Of a DNA stretch of 64,000 nt, positions 52,509 to 63,608 are shown piece after piece. The translations under genes and the position numbers were made by a program. Every line of letters starts with the position of its first letter. Positions within the stretch are counted from its first letter, which is position 1. This DNA is from an uncultured cyanobacterium (GTDB lineage: Bacteria > Cyanobacteriota > Cyanobacteriia > Cyanobacteriales > Nostocaceae), in the NCBI GenBank assembly GCA_963740315.1, contig CAVUDP010000002.1, forward strand, positions 2,112,001-2,176,000, given 5' to 3'. The notes beneath the pieces were generated by a model. The model saw nothing but the letters and a program-made list of their open reading frames with translations. It ran no database searches and had not been told where the DNA came from.

Positions 52509-53702
52509 TTAACGAGAGGGAGGCTTTTGCATTTGTAAGTTTTGCAGTTTGGGAGCGGAATAAATTGTTTGTATGGACAAGAAACTAAAAATTATTAAAG
52601 CTAGTCCAGAAACTACTCCTATTACCAAACCAATGTACAAAGCTGATTTGTGAGGAAAATTGGAAATTATCGTATCGGTAACTGAAGCTCGATCTACATT
52701 ATTTTGCGGTAATGTTGTTGATGGTATTGGATCGCTGGGGCTGGAGTCAAATCCGTCTAATGATGTTAATCTTTCTGGTGCAACTGGGTGAGTTTCTCTC
52801 TGGGAAAGAGCAGTTGAAGAATTTAATTTGATGTTTGTGCCCTTTAAAGCTGCATTCGACCGAATTCGCGGATATAAATCGGTCAACTGTATCAGTGCTG
52901 CAAGTGCTTCTTTTGCCGATTTATATCGGTTTTGAGAATGGTAGCATACCATTTTATTGATTATTGCAGCTAGTTTGGTATTAACTTTAACTAAGTGTTG
53001 CCAAGTAATTTCACCAGTCTTCGAGTCTTTTGGTAATTGTACGGGATGAACTCCAGTAAGTGCTTGAATGCCGATCGCACCAAGGGCATAGATATCACTA
53101 TTAGGAACTGGTCTACCTTGATGCTGTTCGTAAGGCATATAGCCCGGTGTACCAATTGCAATAGTTGTACTATCGGCATGACGTTGATTGCCAAACACTT
53201 CATGGAAAATTGGCTTCACAGCACCAAAATCAATCAGCACTAATCGATTGTCTTTTTCACGTCTCATAATATTGCTCGGCTTGATATCGCGATGAATTAG
53301 CCCTTGAGCGTGAACGCACATCAAAATACACAAAACTTCTTGCAGTAATTCAATTACTTTAGTTTGGGACCAGCGCTTACCGGGCTTTAATTCCGTGTTC
53401 AGAGAATGACCTTTGATAAACTCTTGTACTAAATAAAACTCTCGATCGCATTCAAAATGATTTAAAAGATGGGGAACGTATTCATAGTTGTCTAATTTTA
53501 CCAATGCTTCAACTTCGCGGATAAATAACCGTCTCCGGGTTTTCACTGGCAGCGCAATTCTATCGCTAGGTAGAAAATGTTTAACAACACAAGTGGGATA
53601 ATTAGCAACAGTAATGTCACGGGCAATATAAGTTTGACAAAACAACCCTTGATTTAAAATCTGAATTACCTGATAGCGATCGCATATAAATTTGCCTATC
53701 AT
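52509..53702 (-). CDS. Ser/Thr protein kinase with C-terminal TM
   Basis: VVKH, HRDIKPSN, LIDFG, GTPGYMPYE, SDIYALG; TM near the C terminus. Confidence 0.93.
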   Translation of the reverse strand: MIGKFICDRYQVIQILNQGLFCQTYIARDITVANYPTCVVKHFLPSDRIALPVKTRRRLFIREVEALVKLDNYEYVPHLLNHFECDREFYLVQEFIKGHSLNTELKPGKRWSQTKVIELLQEVLCILMCVHAQGLIHRDIKPSNIMRREKDNRLVLIDFGAVKPIFHEVFGNQRHADSTTIAIGTPGYMPYEQHQGRPVPNSDIYALGAIGIQALTGVHPVQLPKDSKTGEITWQHLVKVNTKLAAIINKMVCYHSQNRYKSAKEALAALIQLTDLYPRIRSNAALKGTNIKLNSSTALSQRETHPVAPERLTSLDGFDSSPSDPIPSTTLPQNNVDRASVTDTIISNFPHKSALYIGLVIGVVSGLALIIFSFLSIQTIYSAPKLQNLQMQKPPSR

Positions 53703-53861
53703 AATTGTTTTTTATGATACTTTTTAAAAATAGATACAGTGTTATTGCTTAAACTGTATCTACCTGTTATTAATATTTTAGAAAGCTTTCCGTAAAATAA
53801 CCGAAAGTCATATCTAAACTTTTTAAAATAGAAAATTTCAATTTACGATTTTTGATTAAAA

Positions 53862-54929
53862 ATGAACAATACTACTAAGAAACTTATTCCCCTCAGCAGA
53901 GATTCCATACAATTAATTAAAGGTTTGATTGTCGGTAAAGTGCTGACAATCGTGGTTATCGGCGGGTTGTGGCTTTTGGTAAGGCAGTATTTAGAAGCGC
54001 CTAACCGTAGCGTCGAAGTCGATCGCTCAACTTCAACTGCTTCACAGACTGAGGCTTCAACCTTTAAAACGGTAAGCAATGTTCCCATCGGCTCGTTTAA
54101 ATATGGTGGAAGCACCGCTTGGGCACCGATTCGACAACTGGTGCATTCTTTAATCCAGAGCGATCGCCCCGAATTAAAATTACGATATGCAACCCAAGCA
54201 AGTAATCCGAGTTCGGCAACGGGTATTGAGATGTTGTTGGATGGAAAAATTGACTTTGCTCAATTGTCGCGTCCCCTAACAAAATCGGAATACGAAGCAG
54301 CCGCACAAAAAGGTTTTACGCTCAAACAGCGTCAGGTTGCTACCGACGGAGTAGCGGTAGCAGTCAACCCAGGGCTATCCGTTTCTGGTTTAACTGTCGA
54401 ACAGTTACAGCAAATTTATTTAGGTAAAATGACTAATTGGAAGCAATTAGGCGGTTCCGATTTACCGATAACGCCTTTTTCCGATAATTCAGAAGATGTC
54501 AAATTAAGATTATTTACCGAAGAAGAATTAGGTAAGCAAAATTTAGGCTCTAACGTGCAGTATGTCAATACTCCTACCGAAGCATTGCGCCAAGTCAGAC
54601 AAAATAAAGGCGGCGTGTATTTAGGTTCGGCGCGAGCTATAGTGCCTCAATGTACCGTAAAACCGTTAGCTTTGGGTATCAGTCAAGACAACTTGGTTAA
54701 CCCTTTTAGAGGACAATTAGTACCGTCGAACCAGTGTCCGCAAACGCGCAATTATGTAAATACCAACGCGATCGCAAACGGTAGTTATCCACTAAAGAGC
54801 AAATTGTTTGTAGTTACCAAGCACAATAACGGTAAGGAAGAGCAAGTTGGGGATGCTTATACAAAATTGTTGCTGACTTCCGAAGGACAAAAGGCGATCG
54901 CTGAAGCTGGTTTTGTTCCGATTCGTTAG
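53862..54929 (+). CDS. PstS-like (PBP superfamily) substrate-binding protein with N-terminal TM anchor
   Basis: YGGSTAWAPIR, DFAQLSRPL, VATDGVAVAVN, IYLGKMTNW, YPL..LFVV, GQKAIAEAGF. Confidence 0.87.
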   Translation: MNNTTKKLIPLSRDSIQLIKGLIVGKVLTIVVIGGLWLLVRQYLEAPNRSVEVDRSTSTASQTEASTFKTVSNVPIGSFKYGGSTAWAPIRQLVHSLIQSDRPELKLRYATQASNPSSATGIEMLLDGKIDFAQLSRPLTKSEYEAAAQKGFTLKQRQVATDGVAVAVNPGLSVSGLTVEQLQQIYLGKMTNWKQLGGSDLPITPFSDNSEDVKLRLFTEEELGKQNLGSNVQYVNTPTEALRQVRQNKGGVYLGSARAIVPQCTVKPLALGISQDNLVNPFRGQLVPSNQCPQTRNYVNTNAIANGSYPLKSKLFVVTKHNNGKEEQVGDAYTKLLLTSEGQKAIAEAGFVPIR

Positions 54930-54945
54930 ATAATTGCTTTAAGGT

Positions 54946-55198
54946 TTAGGGCTTTGTAGATGTGGATTCGTTTAATAAAATAGGAACTCCACCTTTACCC
55001 GAATCAACAAAAATAATTTTCTGAGAATCTGCGATACCTTTGGCTTCTTGACGCTGTTTTTCTTGTTCGGCTTTAAGTTTTTCGTAACAAAGCTTTTTAA
55101 AATACGAAGCCAAGGGGTAATAATTCTTGAGTAAGTTGTTCGTTTATTTGGCGAGCAACTTCTTGGCGTTTGGTAGAGTAAATAGCGTTTGCGGGATA
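54946..55198 (-). pseudogene. Degraded prohibitin / SPFH (band 7) gene
   Basis: Manual translation YPANAIYSTKRQEVARQINEQLTQELLPLGFVF*KALLR, frameshift, then KLKAEQEKQRQEAKGIADSQKIIFVDSGKGGVPILLN. Confidence 0.7.
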
Positions 55199-55694
55199 TT
55201 GCCCATAATATTATTAAGAAATAATTGAGGTAATACTATATAGATACCTACTGCTATTTATGTCTTTATGAATTTGAGTTTAGGGTTTAATCCGACTTTA
55301 AAAAAGAATTATAACGGTATTAAATAGTTGGGAATAGGGAACTCTTAACAGGGAATAAAGAAAAAAGACGGATTAATCTCGTCTGCGAAGACAGCGCAAC
55401 GAAAAAATCATGTTTCCGATAATGGCTGATTATGAATTCAAGAAAACCGGGAATGTCCCCAAACTTGATTTCTACTGCAATCGATTACAAACCCGTTCTA
55501 ATTTTTTTAGTCATAAGAACCACCTTTGCGGTATACCTATGTTAGCGCTGTCTTATCCGGTGCTTGAAATGTCTTTAAAATTTATTTAACAAAAGGTTAA
55601 AAAAAGACTATATTATCTAAAATCAAACTTTAACAAATAAGTCTCGTTGCAGCAGTAGGAGTGTCAAATAAAACCGTAATTTGGGAGAAAATCC

Positions 55695-56636
55695 ATGAAA
55701 CAACTACTTTATAAATATCGACTGACTGCGTTTTTGAGTGCAATCTTGTTAAGTGCCTCGATTGCTCCTGTAAAAGCCAATGAAGCTTATGGGTTTGAAT
55801 TTGACCCCGTTCCGCAAAAACTAGCCCAGTACGCTCGCGACAGTGCCACAACTTATTTAAATCAGGGTTTGCAGTTGATTCAGGAGGGAAGAGTAGAAGA
55901 CGCAATTAACGCTTTTAACCAAGCTATTCAGTTAGAGCCATCTTTAGCACCAGCTTATTACAATTTAGGATTGGCGCTGCGACAGGTGGGACAGTTACAG
56001 CAGAGTGCGAATGCTTTTTATCAAGCTACCCAAGTCGATCCTAAGTTTGCGTTAGCTTATGCAAATTTAGGCGGTGCTTTGTTGGAAGGAAAAAATCTCA
56101 ACCAAGCTGAAGATTATTTACAGCGAGCTTTACAACTAGATTCAAAATTAGGAGTTGCTCACTACAATCTTGGTTTATTACATCAGCAAAAAGAAGATTG
56201 TAAGCAAGCAGTTAAATCATTTAGTAAAGCGAGTAGATATAGCAACAAAGCACCAGAACCTGCTTATCAAATCGGCTTATGTTATATGCAAGAACGCAAA
56301 TTAAATAAAGCCAAAAATGCTTTTAATCAAGCAGTGAAAATTAATCCAAGATATCCCGAAGCACATTACAATCTTGGTTCGGTTTTATATAGCCAAGGTA
56401 AACACGAACAAGCTTTAGAAGCATTTAGAAAAGCCGCAGCTGCTAACCCCGATTATCCTAGTGCTTACTACGGTGCTGGATTGGCATTTATGCAACTTAA
56501 ACAATATCCAGATGCTATGCGTGTATTACAATACGCTAGGGATTTATTCATAGCACAAAATAATTCTCAGTGGGCTAATAATGCCGAGCAACTCATGCAA
56601 CAAGCACAGAATTTTTCCGGCTCAATTCCTCGATAA
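55695..56636 (+). CDS. Secreted TPR-repeat protein
   Basis: Signal peptide (VKA) and about 7 TPRs (AYYNLG, AHYNLG). Confidence 0.92.
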   Translation: MKQLLYKYRLTAFLSAILLSASIAPVKANEAYGFEFDPVPQKLAQYARDSATTYLNQGLQLIQEGRVEDAINAFNQAIQLEPSLAPAYYNLGLALRQVGQLQQSANAFYQATQVDPKFALAYANLGGALLEGKNLNQAEDYLQRALQLDSKLGVAHYNLGLLHQQKEDCKQAVKSFSKASRYSNKAPEPAYQIGLCYMQERKLNKAKNAFNQAVKINPRYPEAHYNLGSVLYSQGKHEQALEAFRKAAAANPDYPSAYYGAGLAFMQLKQYPDAMRVLQYARDLFIAQNNSQWANNAEQLMQQAQNFSGSIPR

Positions 56637-56736
56637 AAAGTTACTCATATTGCTGTTAACATCGTCTAACTCACGTCACAATATAAACAATTGCTCGAAC
56701 AATGGCTGGTGTGGTCTGTAGTTCACTTGGTAATTC

Positions 56737-57306
56737 ATGTTTATGTTCGTGAAAAAACGTCCCAAAAGCCAATTTCTATTGTGGAATCGTTGGTTAGATC
56801 GGCACAGAATAGTCAGCAACATGGAGACTTTTTGTGACTTAGTTGTCATTTCTCTATGTTTTTGTTTGTTCGCCGTGATGGTAGTGCAGTTATGGGGAAT
56901 ATTTAAAGCTATTTTGCTTTCTGTTGATTATCAACAGGTAACTGCAAAAATGCTATTTATTTTAATTTTGGTCGAGTTATTTCGACTATTAGTGGTGTAT
57001 CTACAAGAGCATAGCATTGCAGTTGGTGTCGCCGTAGAAGTAACGATTGTATCTTTGCTACGAGAAGTAATCGTTCACGGTGCGATGGAAATTTCTTGGA
57101 TTAAAGTAGCGTCTATTTGTGGTTTATTAATAATTTTGGGTGTATTACTACTCGTGTGCGCTAAAACTCCGCATATGGATTGTATTAGCGCTAATACTAA
57201 ATATTGTCCTTTTATTTATCCTGATGACGATCGAGAGTCTTCCGGAGGTTGTAATTCAGGAAGAACATCGAATCACGATCGCGAGAAGAGGCAGGTTAAG
57301 ACTTAG
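56737..57306 (+). CDS. PsiE family membrane protein
   Basis: LFILILVELFRLLVVYL, VAVEVTIVSLLREVI; 4 TM. Confidence 0.8.
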   Translation: MFMFVKKRPKSQFLLWNRWLDRHRIVSNMETFCDLVVISLCFCLFAVMVVQLWGIFKAILLSVDYQQVTAKMLFILILVELFRLLVVYLQEHSIAVGVAVEVTIVSLLREVIVHGAMEISWIKVASICGLLIILGVLLLVCAKTPHMDCISANTKYCPFIYPDDDRESSGGCNSGRTSNHDREKRQVKT

Positions 57307-57332
57307 CCAAATTCACTATTTTAATTCGATCT

Positions 57333-57357
57333 AAACCCGTCATTGGCGGGTTTTTTT
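57333..57357 (+). terminator. Rho-independent terminator
   Basis: aaacccg-tcattgg-cgggttt followed by a T run. Confidence 0.7.
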
Positions 57358-57560
57358 AATTGGTAATGGGTTCTGGTTCCCAGGGGTTGGGCGATCGCGA
57401 AGGTTTTTGAGGCTCTGCTTTCTATTGATTGAATCAAAGCTATTGCTATAATTTTGACAACGCGAATTTATATAATCCCGGTTTTTTATCAATATAAATA
57501 CGGATTTTATGTTTTTAGAGTAAAAAAACTATCTAGTAAAAAATTTGTGATTTAAGCTAT

Positions 57561-57878
57561 ATGAATAAAAAACTCATTACTAAAATTGCTGCTGGTTTCG
57601 TATTTGCTTATACCCTTTCTTATGTCGGGATTCGATTAACAACTAATGCCATTGTTCATGGTTCCGGAACTTCTAGCTGTACTTATATTTATCATTCTGT
57701 AGTTCCGGGAGACTCTGGTATGATTGGTTTGTTGATTAATGGACAATTGGCACTACTCTTTACTCCTTTACGTTGGCTGGAAGTGCAATATTGGTATGTA
57801 GTTCAACCAGTTGGCTCGCCACTTTCAGAAGAAGATAGAAAACGGAATAAGTTTGCATCTTGTAGCGATCGAAGCTAG
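57561..57878 (+). CDS. Small hypothetical membrane protein
   Basis: 105-aa ORF with N-terminal TM and LLFTPLRWLE. Confidence 0.6.
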   Translation: MNKKLITKIAAGFVFAYTLSYVGIRLTTNAIVHGSGTSSCTYIYHSVVPGDSGMIGLLINGQLALLFTPLRWLEVQYWYVVQPVGSPLSEEDRKRNKFASCSDRS

Positions 57879-57997
57879 TAGCAATACAGTAAAAACGGTG
57901 CGTTAGGCGCGAAATACATACTTTGTCACAATCTTTAATTAGCGATCGCACCATAACACACCCTACATTTCTCTTACCTCTAACCTTTACCAATTAC

Positions 57998-59317
57998 TTA
58001 TTCCAATTTACCCAAATTAATTGATTCATTTTTCAATAATTTTACCAAAATCTTATCAACGCGATTGCCATCCATATTCATGACTTCAAAGCGCATTCCT
58101 TTCCATTCAAAGTTATCTGTAGCGACGGGAATACGACCTAAGTAAGTCATTACCAAACCGCCTAATGTTTGATAACTGTCGCGGGAGTGGGATTCTAATT
58201 CTTCTTCCATATCGAAAAGTTCAAAAAACTCATCCATAGTTAACATCCCATCAAGTAACCACAATCCATCGTCTCTTTGTATCGCTTGGGGTTCTTCTTC
58301 TTCTTCGTCGTTAGGAACATCACCGACAATTTCAATTAATATGTCATTCAAAGTTACCAATCCTTGAATTACTCCATATTCATCTACCACTAACGCTACA
58401 TGATTAACGGTTTGCTTGAATAACTCTAAAACTTTTAGACCACGGGTGCTTTCCGGTACAAATATTGGCTCTCGCAATCCTTGCGTTAAATCCATCATTT
58501 CTCCGGTAAAACTGCGAGCTAATAAGTTTGTTACTGGAATAATTCCTAATATATTATCCAATCCTTCCTGACACACTGGATAACGCGAATAACCATTCTC
58601 AATTATTTTCTCGCGATTTTGAGCCGCGCTATCTTCCAAATCCAACCAAACAATTTCCGGGCGCGGTGTCATGAACGAACTCACTGGGCGATCGCCTAAA
58701 CGAAAAACCCGCTCAACCATGTCCTGTTCTACTTCTTCAAAGGTTCCTTCTTCGGTTCCTTGTTCGATTAATATTTTAATTTCTTCTTCTGTAATTTGTG
58801 GTTCGGTATTCGGTTTTATTCCTAACAATCGCACTATTGTGTCTGTAATAAAACTTAAAAGCGATACAATTGGGTAAGTAAATTTCACTAAAGCTTTCAT
58901 CGGTAACGCGACGATGGAAGCAATTGACTCTGGATGATTTAAAGCCACACGCTTGGGTACGAGTTCGCCTAAAATTATTGCTATAAAAGTAATTATTATA
59001 ACTGCGAGTCCGCGAGCTGCCTGAACTTTATATAAAGGAATAAAATCTAAAATAGGATATATTCTTTGGGCAATGATTCTTTCTCCATAGGCACCAGCAA
59101 TAATGGTGACTAAAGTTATTCCCACTTGCACCGTACCAAGGAATCGGCTAGGAGAAGAAGCTAAATCAAAGGCGGCTTTAGCTCTGGTGTTTCCCCGATT
59201 GGCGAGGTTTTGCAAGCGGATTTTACGAGCGGAGACGATCGCTAACTCGGACATGACAAACACGGCGTTAGCGAAAATCAGTAGAAAAACAATTAATAAT
59301 TCGAGATTGGGAGACAT
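57998..59317 (-). CDS. HlyC/CorC (CNNM-CBS) family transporter-associated protein
   Basis: NAVFVMSELAIVSAR, QVGIT, GELVPKR, MTPRPEI, YSRYPV, VVDEYG, TLGG. Confidence 0.93.
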   Translation of the reverse strand: MSPNLELLIVFLLIFANAVFVMSELAIVSARKIRLQNLANRGNTRAKAAFDLASSPSRFLGTVQVGITLVTIIAGAYGERIIAQRIYPILDFIPLYKVQAARGLAVIIITFIAIILGELVPKRVALNHPESIASIVALPMKALVKFTYPIVSLLSFITDTIVRLLGIKPNTEPQITEEEIKILIEQGTEEGTFEEVEQDMVERVFRLGDRPVSSFMTPRPEIVWLDLEDSAAQNREKIIENGYSRYPVCQEGLDNILGIIPVTNLLARSFTGEMMDLTQGLREPIFVPESTRGLKVLELFKQTVNHVALVVDEYGVIQGLVTLNDILIEIVGDVPNDEEEEEPQAIQRDDGLWLLDGMLTMDEFFELFDMEEELESHSRDSYQTLGGLVMTYLGRIPVATDNFEWKGMRFEVMNMDGNRVDKILVKLLKNESINLGKLE

Positions 59318-59770
59318 TCTAAAAATTGCCGTTCGATATGCGGCTAACTGTGAATCGTTTTAATTTGTAAGTATCTAGCACCAAGGCGTAAAAAAGAAAA
59401 GACTCTAAATACATAAAATTTGGTTTGACAAAAAAAATATTGCATTCGTTACAGAACATGAGCGAAGTATAGTCGCCCAAAGTGTTAGTCGTAATTTTAC
59501 TAGGGAAAAATGATTTTAAAGCAAAATTTTGGTTGAGGCTTCTAAAATAGTTAAATAGGCATTCATCAACCACGACTGCTTGCCTGTATTTTAGAAAAGG
59601 GCTTTCTTTAGCCAAAAATTTCTCAATGTATCAAGGTAAAAGGTCTGTGCATATTTACGACTATCCCTAAATCGGGGTTTAATCTTGCTTATCATTTGAT
59701 TCTTTACGTTCACCTTTGATGGTGTAGCTAATTTTAAATTACGAATTACGAATTACGAATTGTAAACGTT

Positions 59771-62700
59771 ATGGCTTTTTCTTCCATAGTGCGTGCTTTG
59801 GGACGTTCTTCCCTCACCACCGAACTACTTTCTAAATTAAAGACGCTTTCCACATTACAATTAAATGGGATTCCACGTTTACCCAAGGGCTTGGTAGCTT
59901 CGGCGTTGGCAAATAGTTCCGAGCGAAACTTATTTGTGGTCTGTGCCACTTTGGAAGAAGCGGGACGCTGGACTACACAGTTGGAAACGATGGGATGGAA
60001 GACTATACATTTTTATCCCACAACTGATGCATCTCCCTACGAACCTTTTGACCCAGAAACCGAGATGACTTGGGGACAAATGCAGGTTTTAGCCGATTTA
60101 ATTAAATTATCTCCTGCTAATAATCCCTCTTCATCAGTGGCTGTAATCGCAACCCATGCAGCTTTACAACCCCATTTACCACCCCTTGAGGCTTTTAAAC
60201 CTTTTTGTTTGAATATCGCTAAAGGTATGGAATTTAATTTGGGTACCTTCGCCCAAAAAATGGCTACTTTGGGATACGAAAGGGTTCCTTTGGTAGAAAT
60301 GGAAGGTACTTGGAGTCGGCGCGGCGATATTGTGGATGTGTTTCCCGTATCTTCAGAATTACCTGTACGTTTGGATTGGTTTGGCGACGAAATCGAGCAA
60401 ATCCGCGAATTCAATCCCTCCACGCAGCGTTCTGCTTTAGATAAAATTGACCAAATAGTTCTTACTCCTACTAGTTTTGCTCCTATCTTAATGTCAGAGA
60501 CGCAATTTACAGCGTCTGTAGAAAATTATCTTTCACCAGAAGAAAAAGAACAGTTAGAAACGGGACAGTTATTAGAAGGTAGCCGCAGGTTTTTAGGATT
60601 AGCTTACGAAAAGCCCGCTTCTTTATTAGATTATTTACCCGAAAATACTTTAGTTGCCATTGATGAAGTTGAGCAATGTTACGCTCACAGTTTGTTGTGG
60701 GTGGAGAATGCTGAGGAGCAGTGGGAGGGGGGACAAGGGGATGGGGAGATGGGGGGATTGGGAGAGGGGGAAGAGGGGGTAGAGGGGGTAGATGGGGAGA
60801 GTTTTTCTTTTGCTCCCGGAGCTTCCGGAGCTTCCTTTGCTGACTCCGCTCTTCCTAAGATTCACCGTTTTTGGGAAGATTGTTTGGCGGATTTAGAGAA
60901 ATTTGAAAGTTTGTATTTATCGGAGTTGGCTGAGGAAGGTGATGATGCTGTTAATTTGGCGGCTCGTGCGATTCCGGTGACTCCCCATGCTTTTGCGAAG
61001 TTGGCACAGACGCTTAGAGAAGAGCGCGATCGCAATTTTAATATCTGGTTAATTTCGGCTCAACCTTCGCGATCGGTTTCTTTATTACAGGAACATGATT
61101 GTCCGGCTCAGTTTATTCCCAATCCCCGCGATTATCAAGCTATCGATCGCTCGTTGGTTAGTCACGTACCCGTAGCTTTGAAATATTCCGGGCTGGCTGA
61201 GTTGGAAGGCTTTATTTTACCGACTTACAGAATTGTTGTTGTCACCGATAAGGAGTTTTACGGTCAGCATACTTTAGCAACTCCCGGTTACGTCCGCAAG
61301 CGTCGCAAAGCTAGTTCTAAAAAGGTCGATCCCAATAAGTTACGTCCGGGTGATTATGTAATTCACAGAAATCACGGTTTAGGTCAATTTCTGAAGTTGG
61401 AAAGTTTGACGCTCAATGATGAAACTCGCGATTATTTAGTTGTTAAGTATGCAGATGGGTTGTTACGAGTAGCAGCAGATCAAGTTGGTGCTTTATCTCG
61501 TTTTCGCACAACTACCAACTCGTCACCGCAATTAAATAAGATGACGGGTAAGGCTTGGGAAAATACTAAAAATAAAGTCCGCAAAACCGTTAAGAGATTG
61601 GCGGTTGATTTATTAAGACTGTATTCTCAACGTACTCAACAAACTGGTTTTACTTATCCCCAGGATTCCCCTTGGCAGGAAGAGATGGAAGATTCTTTTC
61701 CCTATCAACCGACAATCGACCAGTTGAAAGCTACTCAAGATGTCAAACGGGATATGGAAAGCGATCGCCCGATGGATCGTTTGGTTTGCGGTGATGTGGG
61801 TTTTGGTAAAACGGAGGTGGCAATAAGAGCAATTTTCAAAGCTGTAACTTCTGGGAAGCAAGTTGCTTTACTCGCACCAACTACCATTCTTACTCAACAG
61901 CACTACCACACTTTAAAAGAACGATTTGCTCCTTACCCGATAAATGTGGGTTTACTTAATCGTTTCCGTAGCGCTGAAGAAAAGCGGAATATACAGAAAA
62001 GATTGCTGACGGGGGAATTGGATATAGTTGTCGGTACCCATCAACTTTTAGGTAAAACCGTTCAATATAGAGATTTAGGATTATTAGTGGTAGATGAAGA
62101 ACAAAGATTTGGGGTAAATCAAAAAGAAAAAATTAAATCTTTGAAAACTGAAGTTGATGTACTTACCCTGAGCGCTACACCTATTCCCCGCACCTTGTAT
62201 ATGTCGCTGTCGGGAATTCGAGAAATGAGTTTGATTACTACACCACCACCATCGAGAAGACCAATTAAAACTCATCTTTCACCGATGAATCCCGAAGCTA
62301 TGCGTACCGCCATACGTCAGGAATTAGACAGAGGTGGACAGGTATTTTACGTAGTTCCACGGGTGGATGGAATTGAAGATAAATCCGCCTTTATCCGAGA
62401 GATGATACCGAATGCAAAGATTGCGATCGCTCACGGTCAGATGGAAGCCAGCGAGTTAGAATCGATCATGCTTTCTTTCAGTAGTGGGGAAGCAGATATT
62501 TTAATTTGTACGACCATAATTGAATCCGGTTTGGATATTCCCAGAGTTAATACGATATTAGTAGAAGACGCACATAAATTCGGATTAGCTCAACTTTATC
62601 AATTAAGAGGAAGAGTTGGACGTGCGGGAATTCAAGCTCATGCATGGTTATTTTATCCCAGACAAAGGTCATTATCGGAAGCAGCCAGGAAAAGGTTGCG

Positions 62701-63355
62701 AGCAATTCAGGAATTTACACAACTGGGTTCCGGTTATCAGTTAGCAATGCGAGATATGGAAATTCGCGGAGTCGGTAACTTATTGGGAGCAGAGCAATCC
62801 GGACAAATGAACGTCATCGGCTTCGACTTGTATATGGAAATGTTAGAAGAAGCAATTCGGGAAATTCGGGGACAAGAAATTCCTACCGTTGCCGACACTC
62901 AAATCGATCTGAATTTGACAGCATTTATTCCAGCAGATTACATTACCGACTTAGATCAGAAGATGAGCGCTTATCGTGCGGTAGCGGTAGCCAACTCCAA
63001 AGTAGAATTAGCAATGATTGCAGCCGAATGGAACGATAGATACGGTAACGTACCCGCGTCGGCAAGTCAGTTGTTGCGAGTCATGGAATTGAAGCAATTA
63101 GCGAAAAGTTTGGGATTTAGTCGGATAAAACCAGATGGCAAACAACATATTATTTTAGAAACTCCAATGGAAGAACCCGGTTGGAAATTATTAGCAGAGA
63201 AACTACCGCAAAATATGATGAGTAGATTTGTTTATTCACCAGGGAAAGTCACCGTCAGGGGATTAGGAGTAATGAAAGCAGAGGTACAGTTGCAAACCTT
63301 GATAGATGCATTTACCAGAATGCAGGATGCCGTACCCGAAGTTGCGATGGTTTAG
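59771..63355 (+). CDS. mfd: Transcription-repair coupling factor
   Basis: [63 protein letters not shown]. Confidence 0.98.
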   Translation: MAFSSIVRALGRSSLTTELLSKLKTLSTLQLNGIPRLPKGLVASALANSSERNLFVVCATLEEAGRWTTQLETMGWKTIHFYPTTDASPYEPFDPETEMTWGQMQVLADLIKLSPANNPSSSVAVIATHAALQPHLPPLEAFKPFCLNIAKGMEFNLGTFAQKMATLGYERVPLVEMEGTWSRRGDIVDVFPVSSELPVRLDWFGDEIEQIREFNPSTQRSALDKIDQIVLTPTSFAPILMSETQFTASVENYLSPEEKEQLETGQLLEGSRRFLGLAYEKPASLLDYLPENTLVAIDEVEQCYAHSLLWVENAEEQWEGGQGDGEMGGLGEGEEGVEGVDGESFSFAPGASGASFADSALPKIHRFWEDCLADLEKFESLYLSELAEEGDDAVNLAARAIPVTPHAFAKLAQTLREERDRNFNIWLISAQPSRSVSLLQEHDCPAQFIPNPRDYQAIDRSLVSHVPVALKYSGLAELEGFILPTYRIVVVTDKEFYGQHTLATPGYVRKRRKASSKKVDPNKLRPGDYVIHRNHGLGQFLKLESLTLNDETRDYLVVKYADGLLRVAADQVGALSRFRTTTNSSPQLNKMTGKAWENTKNKVRKTVKRLAVDLLRLYSQRTQQTGFTYPQDSPWQEEMEDSFPYQPTIDQLKATQDVKRDMESDRPMDRLVCGDVGFGKTEVAIRAIFKAVTSGKQVALLAPTTILTQQHYHTLKERFAPYPINVGLLNRFRSAEEKRNIQKRLLTGELDIVVGTHQLLGKTVQYRDLGLLVVDEEQRFGVNQKEKIKSLKTEVDVLTLSATPIPRTLYMSLSGIREMSLITTPPPSRRPIKTHLSPMNPEAMRTAIRQELDRGGQVFYVVPRVDGIEDKSAFIREMIPNAKIAIAHGQMEASELESIMLSFSSGEADILICTTIIESGLDIPRVNTILVEDAHKFGLAQLYQLRGRVGRAGIQAHAWLFYPRQRSLSEAARKRLRAIQEFTQLGSGYQLAMRDMEIRGVGNLLGAEQSGQMNVIGFDLYMEMLEEAIREIRGQEIPTVADTQIDLNLTAFIPADYITDLDQKMSAYRAVAVANSKVELAMIAAEWNDRYGNVPASASQLLRVMELKQLAKSLGFSRIKPDGKQHIILETPMEEPGWKLLAEKLPQNMMSRFVYSPGKVTVRGLGVMKAEVQLQTLIDAFTRMQDAVPEVAMV

Positions 63356-63608
63356 GTTCGTAGTTGGCGCTTTAGCGCTTCTTTTATTCGTAGAGTCGTC
63401 ACATAGCTAGAAATGTTGAAATACCTGGCGATTGAAATCACGGCTACACAGGCAAAACCCACCTGCGTGGGTTATTTGTAGCACCATTTAATCTGTGTTA
63501 TTAAGCGGGATTTACCGATTACAAAGTCAATATCTTGTTGTTATCAATTATGTATTCACTGTTTATTTTTATTTCCACAAAACAAGTAATAACACATAGA
63601 TATTAACA

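Noticed and set aside
59319..59615. 98-aa ORF upstream of the CBS-domain gene
   Set aside because: TTG start and no recognisable motifs; probably the divergent promoter region.
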